Below are positions 1-8,829 of a DNA stretch of 40,429 nt, in pieces (position 1 is the first letter of the stretch; every line of letters starts with the position of its first letter). The stretch is from a virus. Its lineage: Duplodnaviria > Caudoviricetes. The position numbers were made by a program, and so were the translations under genes. The notes under the pieces were generated by a model. That model did not search any database. It was not told the DNA's origin and saw only the letters and a list, made by a program, of their open reading frames with translations. Location: IMG/VR virus record IMGVR_UViG_3300037515_000543, positions 1 through 40,429 of that record. The stretch is one strand, 5' to 3'.

Positions 1-127
1 ACGGCCGTTCCAAAACCGACCACTTCCTTCAGGTCGGCGATGAGGTGATGGTGCGCGGCAAAAAAGACGAAAAGCCCGGCACCATCCTGGACACCAACGG
101 CGGCGAACTGTTCACCGTATCCGTCGA
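1..127. repeat. Terminal direct repeat, identical to 40303-40429 (circular assembly overlap)
   Basis: Exact 127-bp identity between the two contig ends; 127 is a common assembler k-mer length. Confidence 0.95.
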
Positions 128-185
128 TGGCCATCAATTAAAAGTCGGTGCCGACAAGCTGCGGCTGATTCCGTCAGCGTCGTAA
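1..185 (+). CDS. 3' part of the junction-spanning ORF that starts at 39837; C-terminal KOW/SH3-like segment
   Basis: Frame continues from 39837 through the overlap to TAA at 183-185; LQVGDEVMVRGKKDEKPGTILD resembles a KOW motif. Confidence 0.8.
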   Translation, partial: GRSKTDHFLQVGDEVMVRGKKDEKPGTILDTNGGELFTVSVDGHQLKVGADKLRLIPSAS

Positions 186-227
186 CCGTTCGCGCGCAAA
201 CCAGCGCGCCGGGAAAGGAGCAACCCC

Positions 228-464
228 GTGCCGGGGCGGGAAATTCCCCGGCAAAGGAGAATCATGATCACCGAACAATCAAACCGCACCGTCTGGGTCA
301 TGCACCCAGACGACAACGTACCCGTCCGGGCCACCAAAACCGGCTACTACCTGAAAAACGGCCGTGCCGTGGGCCTGGAGCTACAATTCCCCGACGGCAA
401 GCGCGTCGGATTCAGCTACGATGAAATCAGATCGTCGATGGCGCAGGCGGCGGAGATTTTTTAA
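228..464 (+). CDS. Hypothetical protein (GTG 228 or ATG 264)
   Basis: AAGGAG precedes both candidate starts. Confidence 0.7.
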   Translation: MPGREIPRQRRIMITEQSNRTVWVMHPDDNVPVRATKTGYYLKNGRAVGLELQFPDGKRVGFSYDEIRSSMAQAAEIF

Positions 465-530
465 TAGTGAGTGGCTCGTAATGAGCAGCGCTCCCAGCGC
501 AAACGGCCGTATGGCCAAAGGAACCCGAAA

Positions 531-947
531 ATGTACAAAACAACAGCAGCAGGATACCAAGGAGCTAATTGGGTACAGGCCGCGCTTAAACCGAAAGAGA
601 TGTCAGAATTTGGATGCAAGGTTGCTGATATGCTAGGCGATCTCTTTGAAGGAATTTATCACTTGCACGATGATCAGTTAAAGGCCGTTGATTGGGGCAA
701 TAATCATCACATTACATTTGTGCTCGGACAGGGATGCCTATCAACTTACGACAGCAGATTGTTGACCGACCTCGTTTTGATGGCGCACCAGCGTGCTATC
801 CGTGTTCAGATTTCGCCCCGTTCTTATCGCAACCTGACACTTACCTTCCACCCGCGAAAAAGCGGAATGGAGCACGAGTGGCACGAGCGACATCCAACGA
901 TTGATGAGGCAATAGCGAACTTCAACAACCTATTCCCATTTGAATAG
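531..947 (+). CDS. Phage hypothetical protein (STYD..LT.LV..AH...IRV motif)
   Basis: ORF 471-947; AAAGGA SD favours ATG 531; AT-richer than flanks. Confidence 0.75.
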   Translation: MYKTTAAGYQGANWVQAALKPKEMSEFGCKVADMLGDLFEGIYHLHDDQLKAVDWGNNHHITFVLGQGCLSTYDSRLLTDLVLMAHQRAIRVQISPRSYRNLTLTFHPRKSGMEHEWHERHPTIDEAIANFNNLFPFE

Positions 948-1003
948 CAAAAACGGCCGTAACCCGGCCCCAGGCCGCAGTGGCGGCGAAGGAGACAATC
1001 ACG

Positions 1004-1402
1004 ATGTATGTACAGTTTATGTGTGAAACCGACCCAATGATGGGCTACGAGGAGGCTGATTTAGTGAAACTCGATACCGTTCCCGCCCCCGGGGACACGA
1101 TTATTAATTTCCCCTTTGGCAACAATGGTACGTGGGAGTGGGATGTTCTTGCTCGCACCTTCAACTTTGACTGCGGTAATGACGACATCGGCATATTGGC
1201 GATGGTCTACTGCAAGCCCGAGGGAGTTGGGAAGCGGCGCAAGCTCACTTACGGCGAAAAGTTGCTGGCTCGCTTTGTGGAGCTAATGGCCGAGATGAGT
1301 GACGAAAATCACCCTACCTTTAATCGAATGCCAAGCGAGTTGCGCGATTTGTGGAACGATGCGGCGGATACCATCTCATCCCTAACAGGCAATCCGCATT
1401 AA
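1004..1402 (+). CDS. Hypothetical protein
   Basis: AAGGAG at 989-994 before ATG 1004. Confidence 0.7.
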   Translation: MYVQFMCETDPMMGYEEADLVKLDTVPAPGDTIINFPFGNNGTWEWDVLARTFNFDCGNDDIGILAMVYCKPEGVGKRRKLTYGEKLLARFVELMAEMSDENHPTFNRMPSELRDLWNDAADTISSLTGNPH

Positions 1403-1479
1403 TAGCAGGCAGCAAAAACGGCCGTTTCCCCACCTCGTCAAAAGCAAAGGAAACGGCCGTATCACGAGGAACTAAACCC

Positions 1480-1734
1480 ATGACAGAACAATTTTACCAC
1501 ACCGTGATCATCCATCTGCATATCGCTTACGATGGCACGCTTCACTTTTACAACCGGCGAGAAAACGGCCGTATCGTCGTCGATGCCAAGCCCATCAGCG
1601 CCCAGCGCGCCGCCGACATTATGAAACTGAACGACGACGATCCGGCCGTGCAGACGAGCAAGCGCCCCATCGGCAGCGGCTGGAGCTGGATGGCCAGCGT
1701 CAATGTCCAGGTGGAGGAGCTGGCCAATGCATGA
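1480..1734 (+). CDS. Hypothetical protein
   Basis: GAGGA SD, ATG 1480, in the frame of ORF 1351-1734. Confidence 0.7.
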   Translation: MTEQFYHTVIIHLHIAYDGTLHFYNRRENGRIVVDAKPISAQRAADIMKLNDDDPAVQTSKRPIGSGWSWMASVNVQVEELANA

Positions 1735-1939
1735 TCCCAACCTGGCAATCATCAACCTGCAAACCGGTGAAATAACCCCGCTCGACGAATGGCTGCGTGA
1801 CCACCGGCGGCGGCAGCTCCAGCTCATTTTGGCCCAGCTGGGGCAGGTGCCCACGGGAGTGGGTGGGGATGAGGGGGCACAGGCCAGCGCCGACGAGATG
1901 GCGCGGGCGCTGTTTGCGCGGCGGGAGACACCCGGTTAA
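1727..1939 (+). CDS. Hypothetical protein
   Basis: GGAGG SD, ATG 1727 overlapping the upstream gene end. Confidence 0.6.
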   Translation: MHDPNLAIINLQTGEITPLDEWLRDHRRRQLQLILAQLGQVPTGVGGDEGAQASADEMARALFARRETPG

Positions 1940-1975
1940 AATACCTTACCCTCCCCCCGAGGCTGGCACGCACCA

Positions 1976-2006
1976 AAAAACCCCTGACAATTTGTCAGGG
2001 GTTTTT
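1976..2006. terminator. Bidirectional Rho-independent terminator between the convergent arms
   Basis: AAAAA-CCCCTGACAA-T-TTGTCAGGGG-TTTTT perfect inverted repeat with A/T tracts on both sides. Confidence 0.85.
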
Positions 2007-2258
2007 GTTTTCCAGTTCACACCGCTGCCTAAACTCCAAGTCAGCATAAGCCTGCAACTCATCCACCTCTCCCAAACGAATCCCCTCCACCACCGCCTCT
2101 ACCCGGCTGCGTGCCTTCAGGCGCTTAAAAATCCCCGTCAGGTGGTTTTTGACCGTCCTCTCTTTATTCCCCAGCGCCCGCCCGATCTCCGCATTGCTGG
2201 CGCCGCCGGCCGCCAACTGTAACACGCGGCGCTGGGCAGGGGTGAGCAGCCAGGTCAT
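1995..2258 (-). CDS. Stand-alone LuxR/NarL-type HTH protein
   Basis: LTPAQRRVLQLAAGGASNAEIGRALGNKERTVKNHLTGIFKRL...SR matches the LuxR C-terminal pattern; ATGA overlap with the M23 gene. Confidence 0.9.
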   Translation of the reverse strand: MTWLLTPAQRRVLQLAAGGASNAEIGRALGNKERTVKNHLTGIFKRLKARSRVEAVVEGIRLGEVDELQAYADLEFRQRCELENKNP

Positions 2259-2734
2259 ATCAGCGGCTCTAGAAACGGCCACGGATCCATATAGCCCGCT
2301 GGCCAGCCCGGCAGCTGATACCCCTCCCGCTTCAGCGTCAAATGCAGGTGTGGGCCGCTGCTGTTACCCGTATTGCCGCTAATCCCCACCACATCCCCGG
2401 CAGAAACGGCCGTACCCACCACCGCCAGACTACCCGCCGCCGCGTGTGCATATAGCGTCGAATAGCCAGCCGCGTGCTGCACAATCACGTGCCAGCCATA
2501 AGCCGACGGCCCGCCGCTTCTGCGCTGGTCGCTGGCCCAAATGACCTCGCCAGAGGCAACGGCATAGTAAGGCGTGCCGAATGGGGCGGAAATATCAATC
2601 CCTTCGTGGCCGGGGAAACCAAACTTTTCGTAATTCTCTGGGTTGTCTCCAAAGCGCTGGGTGATGTATTTCTGGGTTGTGGGCCACGCCTGAAACTCAA
2701 ACGCGGCCCCGTTCAGTTTGGGTCCGTAAACCAC
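2255..2734 (-). CDS. M23 family peptidase (endolysin)
   Basis: HEGID (HxxxD), YAH and GNTGNSSGPHLH zinc motifs. Confidence 0.92.
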   Translation of the reverse strand: MVYGPKLNGAAFEFQAWPTTQKYITQRFGDNPENYEKFGFPGHEGIDISAPFGTPYYAVASGEVIWASDQRRSGGPSAYGWHVIVQHAAGYSTLYAHAAAGSLAVVGTAVSAGDVVGISGNTGNSSGPHLHLTLKREGYQLPGWPAGYMDPWPFLEPLI

Positions 2735-3858
2735 TTAACGTCATTCCAGGCGGGCACAACGGCATAATAGACCCGCCGCTCGCCGGTTCCCAGATGTTCA
2801 GCCGCCATTGCCGCCCGCTGCTTGCCGTCCGTGGGCGTATACCAGAATTCGGACTCAACCGGGGTAAAGCCATCAGCAAAAATCGCCGCCTGCAAAGCCG
2901 CGTTTGGGTTCAGGCTGATCGCCTGCCGGTTAATCGATTCGCTCCAAAGTTCACTTTGCCATGTCATAATGCTTACTCCATTTTTAATTGCCTGCGCTAG
3001 CTGCACCATCTCGGCGGCGGATAGCTCATACATCGGCCACCCGCCCGTTTGTCCAAAAGTAAAAAAGACGCTGCCTAAATAGCGGTTTTCGTGGCTGGCG
3101 TTCCATTCGGCCGTCTTTAATAGCTGGTACTCAACCACCTCATCTATGTACCGCGTCAGGTTGCCGCTCAAAACCTTGCTGCTTTTCCAGCCATCATAAA
3201 CACCCTGATACGGTCCGCCTTCGGTCGAAATCCAGCGGACTTTAATCCCCCGGCTCACAAAATCCTGATCCATGTAGACCCATCGGCCGCTGTGATAGCG
3301 CCAATCCTGCGGATCGCGCTGGCCGAAATCGTAATGGGTATAGTTGTGATAGCTCAGAATGTTGCCCGTGTTGGCCGCAATTTGGGCATAGCGAAAATCA
3401 ATATCGTTGCCAATGGCCGTGCTGGTGAGCGCCAGAGGGATGTCACGATAGCCCACAATCGACTTGCCCCGGTATTCACCATTCCATACGGCCGTTACCG
3501 CCTGAAGCCAGGTGATCACAAGTTGCCGCTGGGCCTCGCTGTCGCTACTGGCCACGTACTCATTCCAGTCCTTGATTACATCGATATAGCGCCAAAGCTC
3601 CTGTTCTTGCCAGGTGCCATCCACGAACTTGTTAAAATAGGCGCGCGCCTTTTCTTTTGCCGCTTCGTAATCAGGCGTAAAGTTTTGGTCTTCAATCTTT
3701 TTCCTAAAGACGGTCAACACGCCCGGATTATTCAGCTTGGCATCGCGCAGCATATGCAAATCGTCAACGGCTAAAAGTGGTGATTTGGCCGGTAAGAGCT
3801 TTACCGCTTCCAACCAATCAGGTATCGGCCGTTGGCCGTGAAATCCTAAAGCAGTCAT
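2713..3858 (-). CDS. Putative clan-A-like glycoside hydrolase with C-terminal accessory domain (second lysin)
   Basis: WNE (acid/base), SYHNY and STEGG (nucleophile) motifs; located in the lysis cassette. Confidence 0.55.
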   Translation of the reverse strand: MTALGFHGQRPIPDWLEAVKLLPAKSPLLAVDDLHMLRDAKLNNPGVLTVFRKKIEDQNFTPDYEAAKEKARAYFNKFVDGTWQEQELWRYIDVIKDWNEYVASSDSEAQRQLVITWLQAVTAVWNGEYRGKSIVGYRDIPLALTSTAIGNDIDFRYAQIAANTGNILSYHNYTHYDFGQRDPQDWRYHSGRWVYMDQDFVSRGIKVRWISTEGGPYQGVYDGWKSSKVLSGNLTRYIDEVVEYQLLKTAEWNASHENRYLGSVFFTFGQTGGWPMYELSAAEMVQLAQAIKNGVSIMTWQSELWSESINRQAISLNPNAALQAAIFADGFTPVESEFWYTPTDGKQRAAMAAEHLGTGERRVYYAVVPAWNDVKWFTDPN

Positions 3859-4373
3859 TATTCAATCTCCTCAATGCGTGTCATATCGGTGGCCCAATCC
3901 CACACCAGGCCATAGACCGGCTCATCTGTCAAAATATCTGTCGGAATTACCCAAAGCCCGTACCGCTCGTGAAAAAACGGCCGTCGATACCCCTCATCCC
4001 CAAAATTATCAAAGCAAGCCACCGCCCGATCCTCGCCGCCCCAGGTGAACGAAACGGCCGTAGTCCAACTCCACTCACCTTCATACAATTTTGTCCAACC
4101 CTGAATACAGCCAGCCACGCGCCATTCGTGCGCCGCGCTGGTGGGGTAGAGGTTGGCGTAGCGTTCCGGCTCTCCGTTGGCCTGACCTGCCCACGGCACA
4201 GGGTTGCCGTCGCTGTCGAAAAACCAATAGTTCGTCAGGCTCAGCGGCATTGTCTCAAGCGGCGGAACGGCCGTTACCGTTTCCACCGCGCCGCTGATTG
4301 CGAACAGGATACATACGGCCGTCTGGCAAGCGCTGACTATCAAACGATGACCCCGCCACTGGCCGCGAGCCAA
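3858..4373 (-). CDS. Hypothetical exported protein in the lysis module
   Basis: N-terminal hydrophobic segment; stop overlaps the next start. Confidence 0.6.
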   Translation of the reverse strand: MARGQWRGHRLIVSACQTAVCILFAISGAVETVTAVPPLETMPLSLTNYWFFDSDGNPVPWAGQANGEPERYANLYPTSAAHEWRVAGCIQGWTKLYEGEWSWTTAVSFTWGGEDRAVACFDNFGDEGYRRPFFHERYGLWVIPTDILTDEPVYGLVWDWATDMTRIEEIE

Positions 4374-4444
4374 AACCAGATGATAAAACCAACAAACAGC
4401 AGCACCAGTGCCGCCGCCAGAATAAGCAGGATTATGCGGATCAT
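4340..4444 (-). CDS. 34-aa single-TM membrane peptide
   Basis: MIRIILLILAAALVLLFVGFIIWFWLAASGGVIV; ATGA overlap with the holin stop. Confidence 0.6.
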   Translation of the reverse strand: MIRIILLILAAALVLLFVGFIIWFWLAASGGVIV

Positions 4445-4737
4445 GCCTTTTTCGTCAGCAGGTAGGTGCCCTGGTTGACGCCAATCGCTACGCCAATCAT
4501 CCCCAGCAGCTCCAAAACGCCGCGCGCGGTGCATTCCACGTACAGCACCAAATCGGCACAGGAGAGGCCGAAGAGCGCCCCGGCTGACAGCAGCAGTAAA
4601 ACTAGCACCACAAGCCGCTTCTGCACGGCCGTCAGCCCCTCGTAGCGCCCGGCAACCCCCGGAACGTATTCCAGCACCAAACTCAAAATCATACCTGCAA
4701 TTGCGCTCAAACTCAGTTCGATAGACATCGTTTTCAA
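4441..4737 (-). CDS. Putative holin (3 TM)
   Basis: Three hydrophobic helices, basic C-terminus, upstream of the lysins. Confidence 0.7.
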   Translation of the reverse strand: MKTMSIELSLSAIAGMILSLVLEYVPGVAGRYEGLTAVQKRLVVLVLLLLSAGALFGLSCADLVLYVECTARGVLELLGMIGVAIGVNQGTYLLTKKA

Positions 4738-4748
4738 TCTCCTATTTT

Positions 4749-5135
4749 CTATATCAGCGGCCAGTCATAATTCGGCCGTCTGGTCCTGCACTCATCCAAT
4801 AATTTGTAAAGCTCACTGCGGCGCTCCATATAGTCGATCAGCGCCCAGAGCTTCAAATCTTTGTTTTCACCTTCCAGATTTTCCCAATCCACCCCCAGGG
4901 CCATGCACAGGCTAATCACATCGGCATTGTTAAACGCCGCGTCCATGAGACGCTGCAAATATTTGCGGTCAACGAAGTAGCCCGTGTCCTTGTCTCGGCG
5001 CTTCGGTACGCCAATGGCTTGCCACCAGCGGCGCTGTTCGTCGATCTGCTGCTGCTGCTTTTGCAATTCGCCAGAGTGATTTTTTAGCAGCGCGGCAATC
5101 TGCCTGAAATCGCCGGTCCAAAAGCGCTTGATCAT
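4749..5135 (-). CDS. Protein with C-terminal effector-associated domain (EAD7-like)
   Basis: L..AF...DV..LCMALGVDWENLEGENK..K...LIDYMERR..L..LL..C...RP...W matches the EAD7 pattern as I recall it. Confidence 0.65.
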   Translation of the reverse strand: MIKRFWTGDFRQIAALLKNHSGELQKQQQQIDEQRRWWQAIGVPKRRDKDTGYFVDRKYLQRLMDAAFNNADVISLCMALGVDWENLEGENKDLKLWALIDYMERRSELYKLLDECRTRRPNYDWPLI

Positions 5136-5223
5136 AATTGCGCTCTTGGAGTGCCTCCCTCATGGATTTCAATTCGGTAATCAGTGCTGTAATGAGTTCA
5201 TCATTGCTCATGTTTTCATTCAT
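4969..5223 (-). CDS. Probable N-terminal half of the EAD7-like gene in another frame (frameshift near 5115-5127)
   Basis: Coupled to the upstream stop; protein-like helix MSNDELITALITELKSMREALQERNYDQALL, then non-protein-like sequence where the downstream frame begins. Confidence 0.5.
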   Translation of the reverse strand: MNENMSNDELITALITELKSMREALQERNYDQALLDRRFQADCRAAKKSLWRIAKAAAADRRTAPLVASHWRTEAPRQGHGLLR

Positions 5224-5551
5224 TGTCCCCGGCCGTTACTTCGTTTGCCTGCTGATTTTTCAGCGTCGATTCCAGCAACAGCACCCGCGCCTTTAGCTCT
5301 AAAATCTGGTCTTCTAGTTTGCGCACGTCAGTTTTACGCCGCTGCCAAAGCTCTTCATAGGCCACGGCCTTTGCCTCTGCATTGCCCAGGCGGTTGGTCA
5401 ATTCCTCCACCCGCTCCTGACACTGTTTCATTTTGACATAATCCAGGTCGGCAAACGCATTGATCATGGCCTTGTTTACGGCCGTATCCAACATCTCCTG
5501 AAACCCCGGAAAGATCTCTTTTTCTTCAGCCATCCTAAAATCCTTCTTCAC
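5216..5551 (-). CDS. Coiled-coil hypothetical protein
   Basis: Heptad-rich ORF in operon order. Confidence 0.7.
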   Translation of the reverse strand: MKKDFRMAEEKEIFPGFQEMLDTAVNKAMINAFADLDYVKMKQCQERVEELTNRLGNAEAKAVAYEELWQRRKTDVRKLEDQILELKARVLLLESTLKNQQANEVTAGDNE

Positions 5552-7415
5552 GCCGCGCCACCAAAAACTCCAACGAGGCCGGCGGCTCCTCGGGAACCGG
5601 CGTCAGCACATCCTCCATCACGTCATAGCCATTCTCCTCCAGTAAAAACGTTCTCACCCGGTCAACCTCACTGCCGAGGGTAGGGGGCAAATTGCGGATG
5701 TTCATTGTCTGCCCCGCCCGCGCCAACCATTTAGGCGCAATCGCCCCGGTTTGGTCCATCAAATAATCCGGCTGCAATTCACTGCGCGGCTTCACCACCC
5801 GGCCGTCTTCCAGCGCCGCATCCCTGTGCTTACCGGCCTGTGTGCTGCTGGTCGTGCTGGCGCTAATCACCCCGCGCCGCACAATGCCGTACTGCGCCTG
5901 GCTGGTGGCATCATCGGCCACGGCCGTGCGCAGCGTCCGGTTGTTGGCGTCCTGGTAGCTGGCATATACCGAATTTCGCAGCAGCTCCAGCGTGCTGTTG
6001 ACGGTCAATTCGTCGGCATCGATGGCCCAGATTTGGGAGTCGCTGCCCTTCGGCCGGAAATGGAGCTTTTGCCCTTCCCACACCCCCACTTCCCACAATC
6101 GCGGCGGGTCCTGGTTATCCCCTAGGCCCGCCAGTTTGGTGGCGATGTCGCCGGGCCAGGCGTCTTCGTATACCTCGTCGAGGAGGTCGAGGCCGGGGGA
6201 TTCGATGAGGGCGGTGGAGGCGGAGAGCTGGGCCGGGTTGGCGGCCGTTATGTGGTTCACCAGGTCGCTGATTATCTGATCGGCATAAATTGCGTGAGCC
6301 TGGACAAATTGAGTTGAGGTGTGGGCATTGGCAAAAGTGGCGGTAAATGTCGTGCTCGAATTTACCGCCTCCACCACTACCCGCTCGCGGTTGCTGCTGC
6401 CCGAGGCGATGTAAAGCGACTGCCCCACATACATCCCCGCCGTTGTGCCCACCGGGACAGTTTGCGACCCGGTTGATGTATTGGCCGTTAGCGCGGTATT
6501 CACCCGCCGAGCTGTGGATGTCACATTACGCAGGTTGGTGATTTTCAGATAGGTGTCCCCCGTTTCGCCCGTGTACGTTGCGCTGGCTGCGTTGAAAAAG
6601 ACCATGAACATCAGATTGTCTATCCCGGAAAAAGCTAAATGAACGCTTCCAGATTGCACTGAGCCGGTGCCCGATAGGAGCCATTCGGACGAATCAAAAA
6701 CCCAATCCGAATCGCGGCGCTGCAACCGGAAAGCCCAGCTTGACGATCCATTGACCTCATAGTCAAACTCGACCCCAACCACCTGACGCCCGCCGTTGTC
6801 AGGTGTGGTAAATCCAACGACCCCCTGGGAACCGCTGCTGCTGAATGTTTCGTTTTTGCGCGGCGCAATATAAATCCTGTTGTTATTATCAATTTCGTAT
6901 TTTCCTGGATTAAACGTGCTGTTGTCATCTCCCGTCACCACCCGCCACCCCGCCGTCCCACTCTTCGACCACAGCGCCGTATACGGCACATCAAACAGCG
7001 CCCGCCACGCACCAAACGCCGTCACCTGCAAGCCCGTCCCATCCTCGGCAATGACGACGGTCGGGTCCTCCACCCGGCCCTCCCACACCACGCCCGCGCC
7101 GTAATTCAACGACAGCCATTTCGCCTTGCCCTGCTCGGCAATGGCAAAAGCCAGCTCAAGCGGCATCGGCACAAAGCAGGTGAGGCTGCGGAAACCATGA
7201 CGGCCGTTGTCAATCACGCAGTCGGTCGCGTCCGAAAGGTCAGCAATCAGCGCGCCGCCGGGGGATTCGTAGAGTTGCAGTGCCAGCGGTATCGCCCCGC
7301 CACTGCTGGCTGGCACGGGGGCCACAACGGACGCCGGAAATAGCCCCGTCGTCACAAACGGGGTGATGCTTACCGGCGTCGCGCCAATGCCCAGGGTGAT
7401 AATTGATTCAGCCAT
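5535..7415 (-). CDS. Minor tail protein (tail tip/hub-like) with inserted beta-rich domain
   Basis: 626 aa; VWEGRV and SQAQYGIVRR segments typical of siphophage tail proteins; position after the TMP. Confidence 0.7.
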   Translation of the reverse strand: MAESIITLGIGATPVSITPFVTTGLFPASVVAPVPASSGGAIPLALQLYESPGGALIADLSDATDCVIDNGRHGFRSLTCFVPMPLELAFAIAEQGKAKWLSLNYGAGVVWEGRVEDPTVVIAEDGTGLQVTAFGAWRALFDVPYTALWSKSGTAGWRVVTGDDNSTFNPGKYEIDNNNRIYIAPRKNETFSSSGSQGVVGFTTPDNGGRQVVGVEFDYEVNGSSSWAFRLQRRDSDWVFDSSEWLLSGTGSVQSGSVHLAFSGIDNLMFMVFFNAASATYTGETGDTYLKITNLRNVTSTARRVNTALTANTSTGSQTVPVGTTAGMYVGQSLYIASGSSNRERVVVEAVNSSTTFTATFANAHTSTQFVQAHAIYADQIISDLVNHITAANPAQLSASTALIESPGLDLLDEVYEDAWPGDIATKLAGLGDNQDPPRLWEVGVWEGQKLHFRPKGSDSQIWAIDADELTVNSTLELLRNSVYASYQDANNRTLRTAVADDATSQAQYGIVRRGVISASTTSSTQAGKHRDAALEDGRVVKPRSELQPDYLMDQTGAIAPKWLARAGQTMNIRNLPPTLGSEVDRVRTFLLEENGYDVMEDVLTPVPEEPPASLEFLVARREEGF

Positions 7416-7418
7416 AGG

Positions 7419-8129
7419 TTACGTTGCTCGCGTGATGCTGGTTGGACTGGTGCCGCTGTCCAGCGTAAAGGTCATTGAGCTCGTAGTGCCATCTTCTTTT
7501 TTGACCGTCACCGTCGTGCCGCTGACGCTCTTTTCCATCAGGAAGCGGGCGATCATGAGCAGCGCCTGGCGCATCGTCGGGCGGCTGCCGTCGGCGGGTA
7601 CGCTGTCGGCAATCACATCCGTGGCTACCACGTCCACCATTTCGGCGTTGACCTGGGCGGCGCTTAAATCATTCAGCGCGGCAATCAGGCCGGGGATGGT
7701 GGTATCGGTGTCTACCAGAATCGCATCCACAATGCCGTCCACCGTGGCCAGCGCTGCGGCCGTGGCCCGGCTGCTAATGGTTGCGTCCAGATTGGTAACA
7801 CCTAGATTGCTGGCCGTAAATGGATCAAAGGCCACGACCAGGCCACGCGCCACCACCTCCGCACATGCGGCCGTTTTGAAGCGGAATTCAATAATGCCAA
7901 GCGTATTCACCTCCGTGGCCGTCAGCTCAATGTAGTAGCGGCCGGGCATATTCGTGGCGTCAATTTCCGTGATGTTGTTCGTGCTGGCGGCCGTGGCTGC
8001 CCCCGCCTTGGAAATACGCCCGGCCCCGGTCAATCCCGTTTCGGCCGTAATGCCGTCAGCTGCGTCCACCGCCTGAAAAAAAATCCGCCGCAGTGAGGCG
8101 GTTGCTTCGCTTAGTTGAATGAGTTGCAT
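7419..8129 (-). CDS. Putative virion structural protein
   Basis: A/T/D-rich 236 aa ORF in the tail module. Confidence 0.55.
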   Translation of the reverse strand: MQLIQLSEATASLRRIFFQAVDAADGITAETGLTGAGRISKAGAATAASTNNITEIDATNMPGRYYIELTATEVNTLGIIEFRFKTAACAEVVARGLVVAFDPFTASNLGVTNLDATISSRATAAALATVDGIVDAILVDTDTTIPGLIAALNDLSAAQVNAEMVDVVATDVIADSVPADGSRPTMRQALLMIARFLMEKSVSGTTVTVKKEDGTTSSMTFTLDSGTSPTSITRAT

Positions 8130-8130
8130 A

Positions 8131-8829
8131 TCACACCTGTCCTATGAGCTGCTGGTAATAATGCGGCGTTGCCCCGCCTGCCGCCGGTGCTGGCTTGATT
8201 GCTACAATCGTCACCGCCCAATTCTCGGCTCCTGTCAGACTGCCGGCCATCGTCTGTAACCCGGCCGTCGCCTTCTCGATCCAGCGCGTAGACAGCCGGG
8301 TCACAAATGCCCCGCCACCTGACTGCAAATTTGTCGTCTCCACATTCAGCCCGCTGCTGCTGAAATCTTGCGTCTCATGAGCGACGCAGGCAAACACAAA
8401 ACAGCCATCCACCGTCGTCGTCACATCGCCCGTCGGCGCGTTATCCGTCCCACCGACCTCGTCGATCACATCCACCGGATCGCTGTTGTCGGCGTCGGTG
8501 ATTGTCACCAGCTCGGCATTGATCGCCGTAGCGGTGCCTACATTGATATTCACCGTCACACCCGTGTCCGACGACCCCACCGGCGCGGTAAAAATCAGCG
8601 AAGTCACCCCTTCGGTGGTGTTGAAAATCTGAGCAAAACGGGCCCGCTGCGTCCAGGTCAGCCCGGCCCCGCCGCCGCTGTCGTCAGAGATGGTGCAGGT
8701 TTTGTTGCCACTGAGCGTGACCTTCATCAGCAGCAGCTGGCCGGCCGTAATATCGACCAGATCGTCTAAATCCGTATTGGTCGCGCCGGTAGTGTTGGCC
8801 GTGGAGAGGATAGAGCCGTAGGTGGTCAT
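8131..8829 (-). CDS. Putative tail fibre/adhesin-like beta-rich protein
   Basis: T/G/A-rich; ATG 8829 overlaps the upstream TGA. Confidence 0.55.
   Translation of the reverse strand: MTTYGSILSTANTTGATNTDLDDLVDITAGQLLLMKVTLSGNKTCTISDDSGGGAGLTWTQRARFAQIFNTTEGVTSLIFTAPVGSSDTGVTVNINVGTATAINAELVTITDADNSDPVDVIDEVGGTDNAPTGDVTTTVDGCFVFACVAHETQDFSSSGLNVETTNLQSGGGAFVTRLSTRWIEKATAGLQTMAGSLTGAENWAVTIVAIKPAPAAGGATPHYYQQLIGQV

Noticed and set aside
1-127. Physical direct terminal repeat of the virion DNA
   Set aside because: The length of 127 equals a standard assembler k-mer and the repeat falls mid-ORF, so it is best explained as circular overlap.
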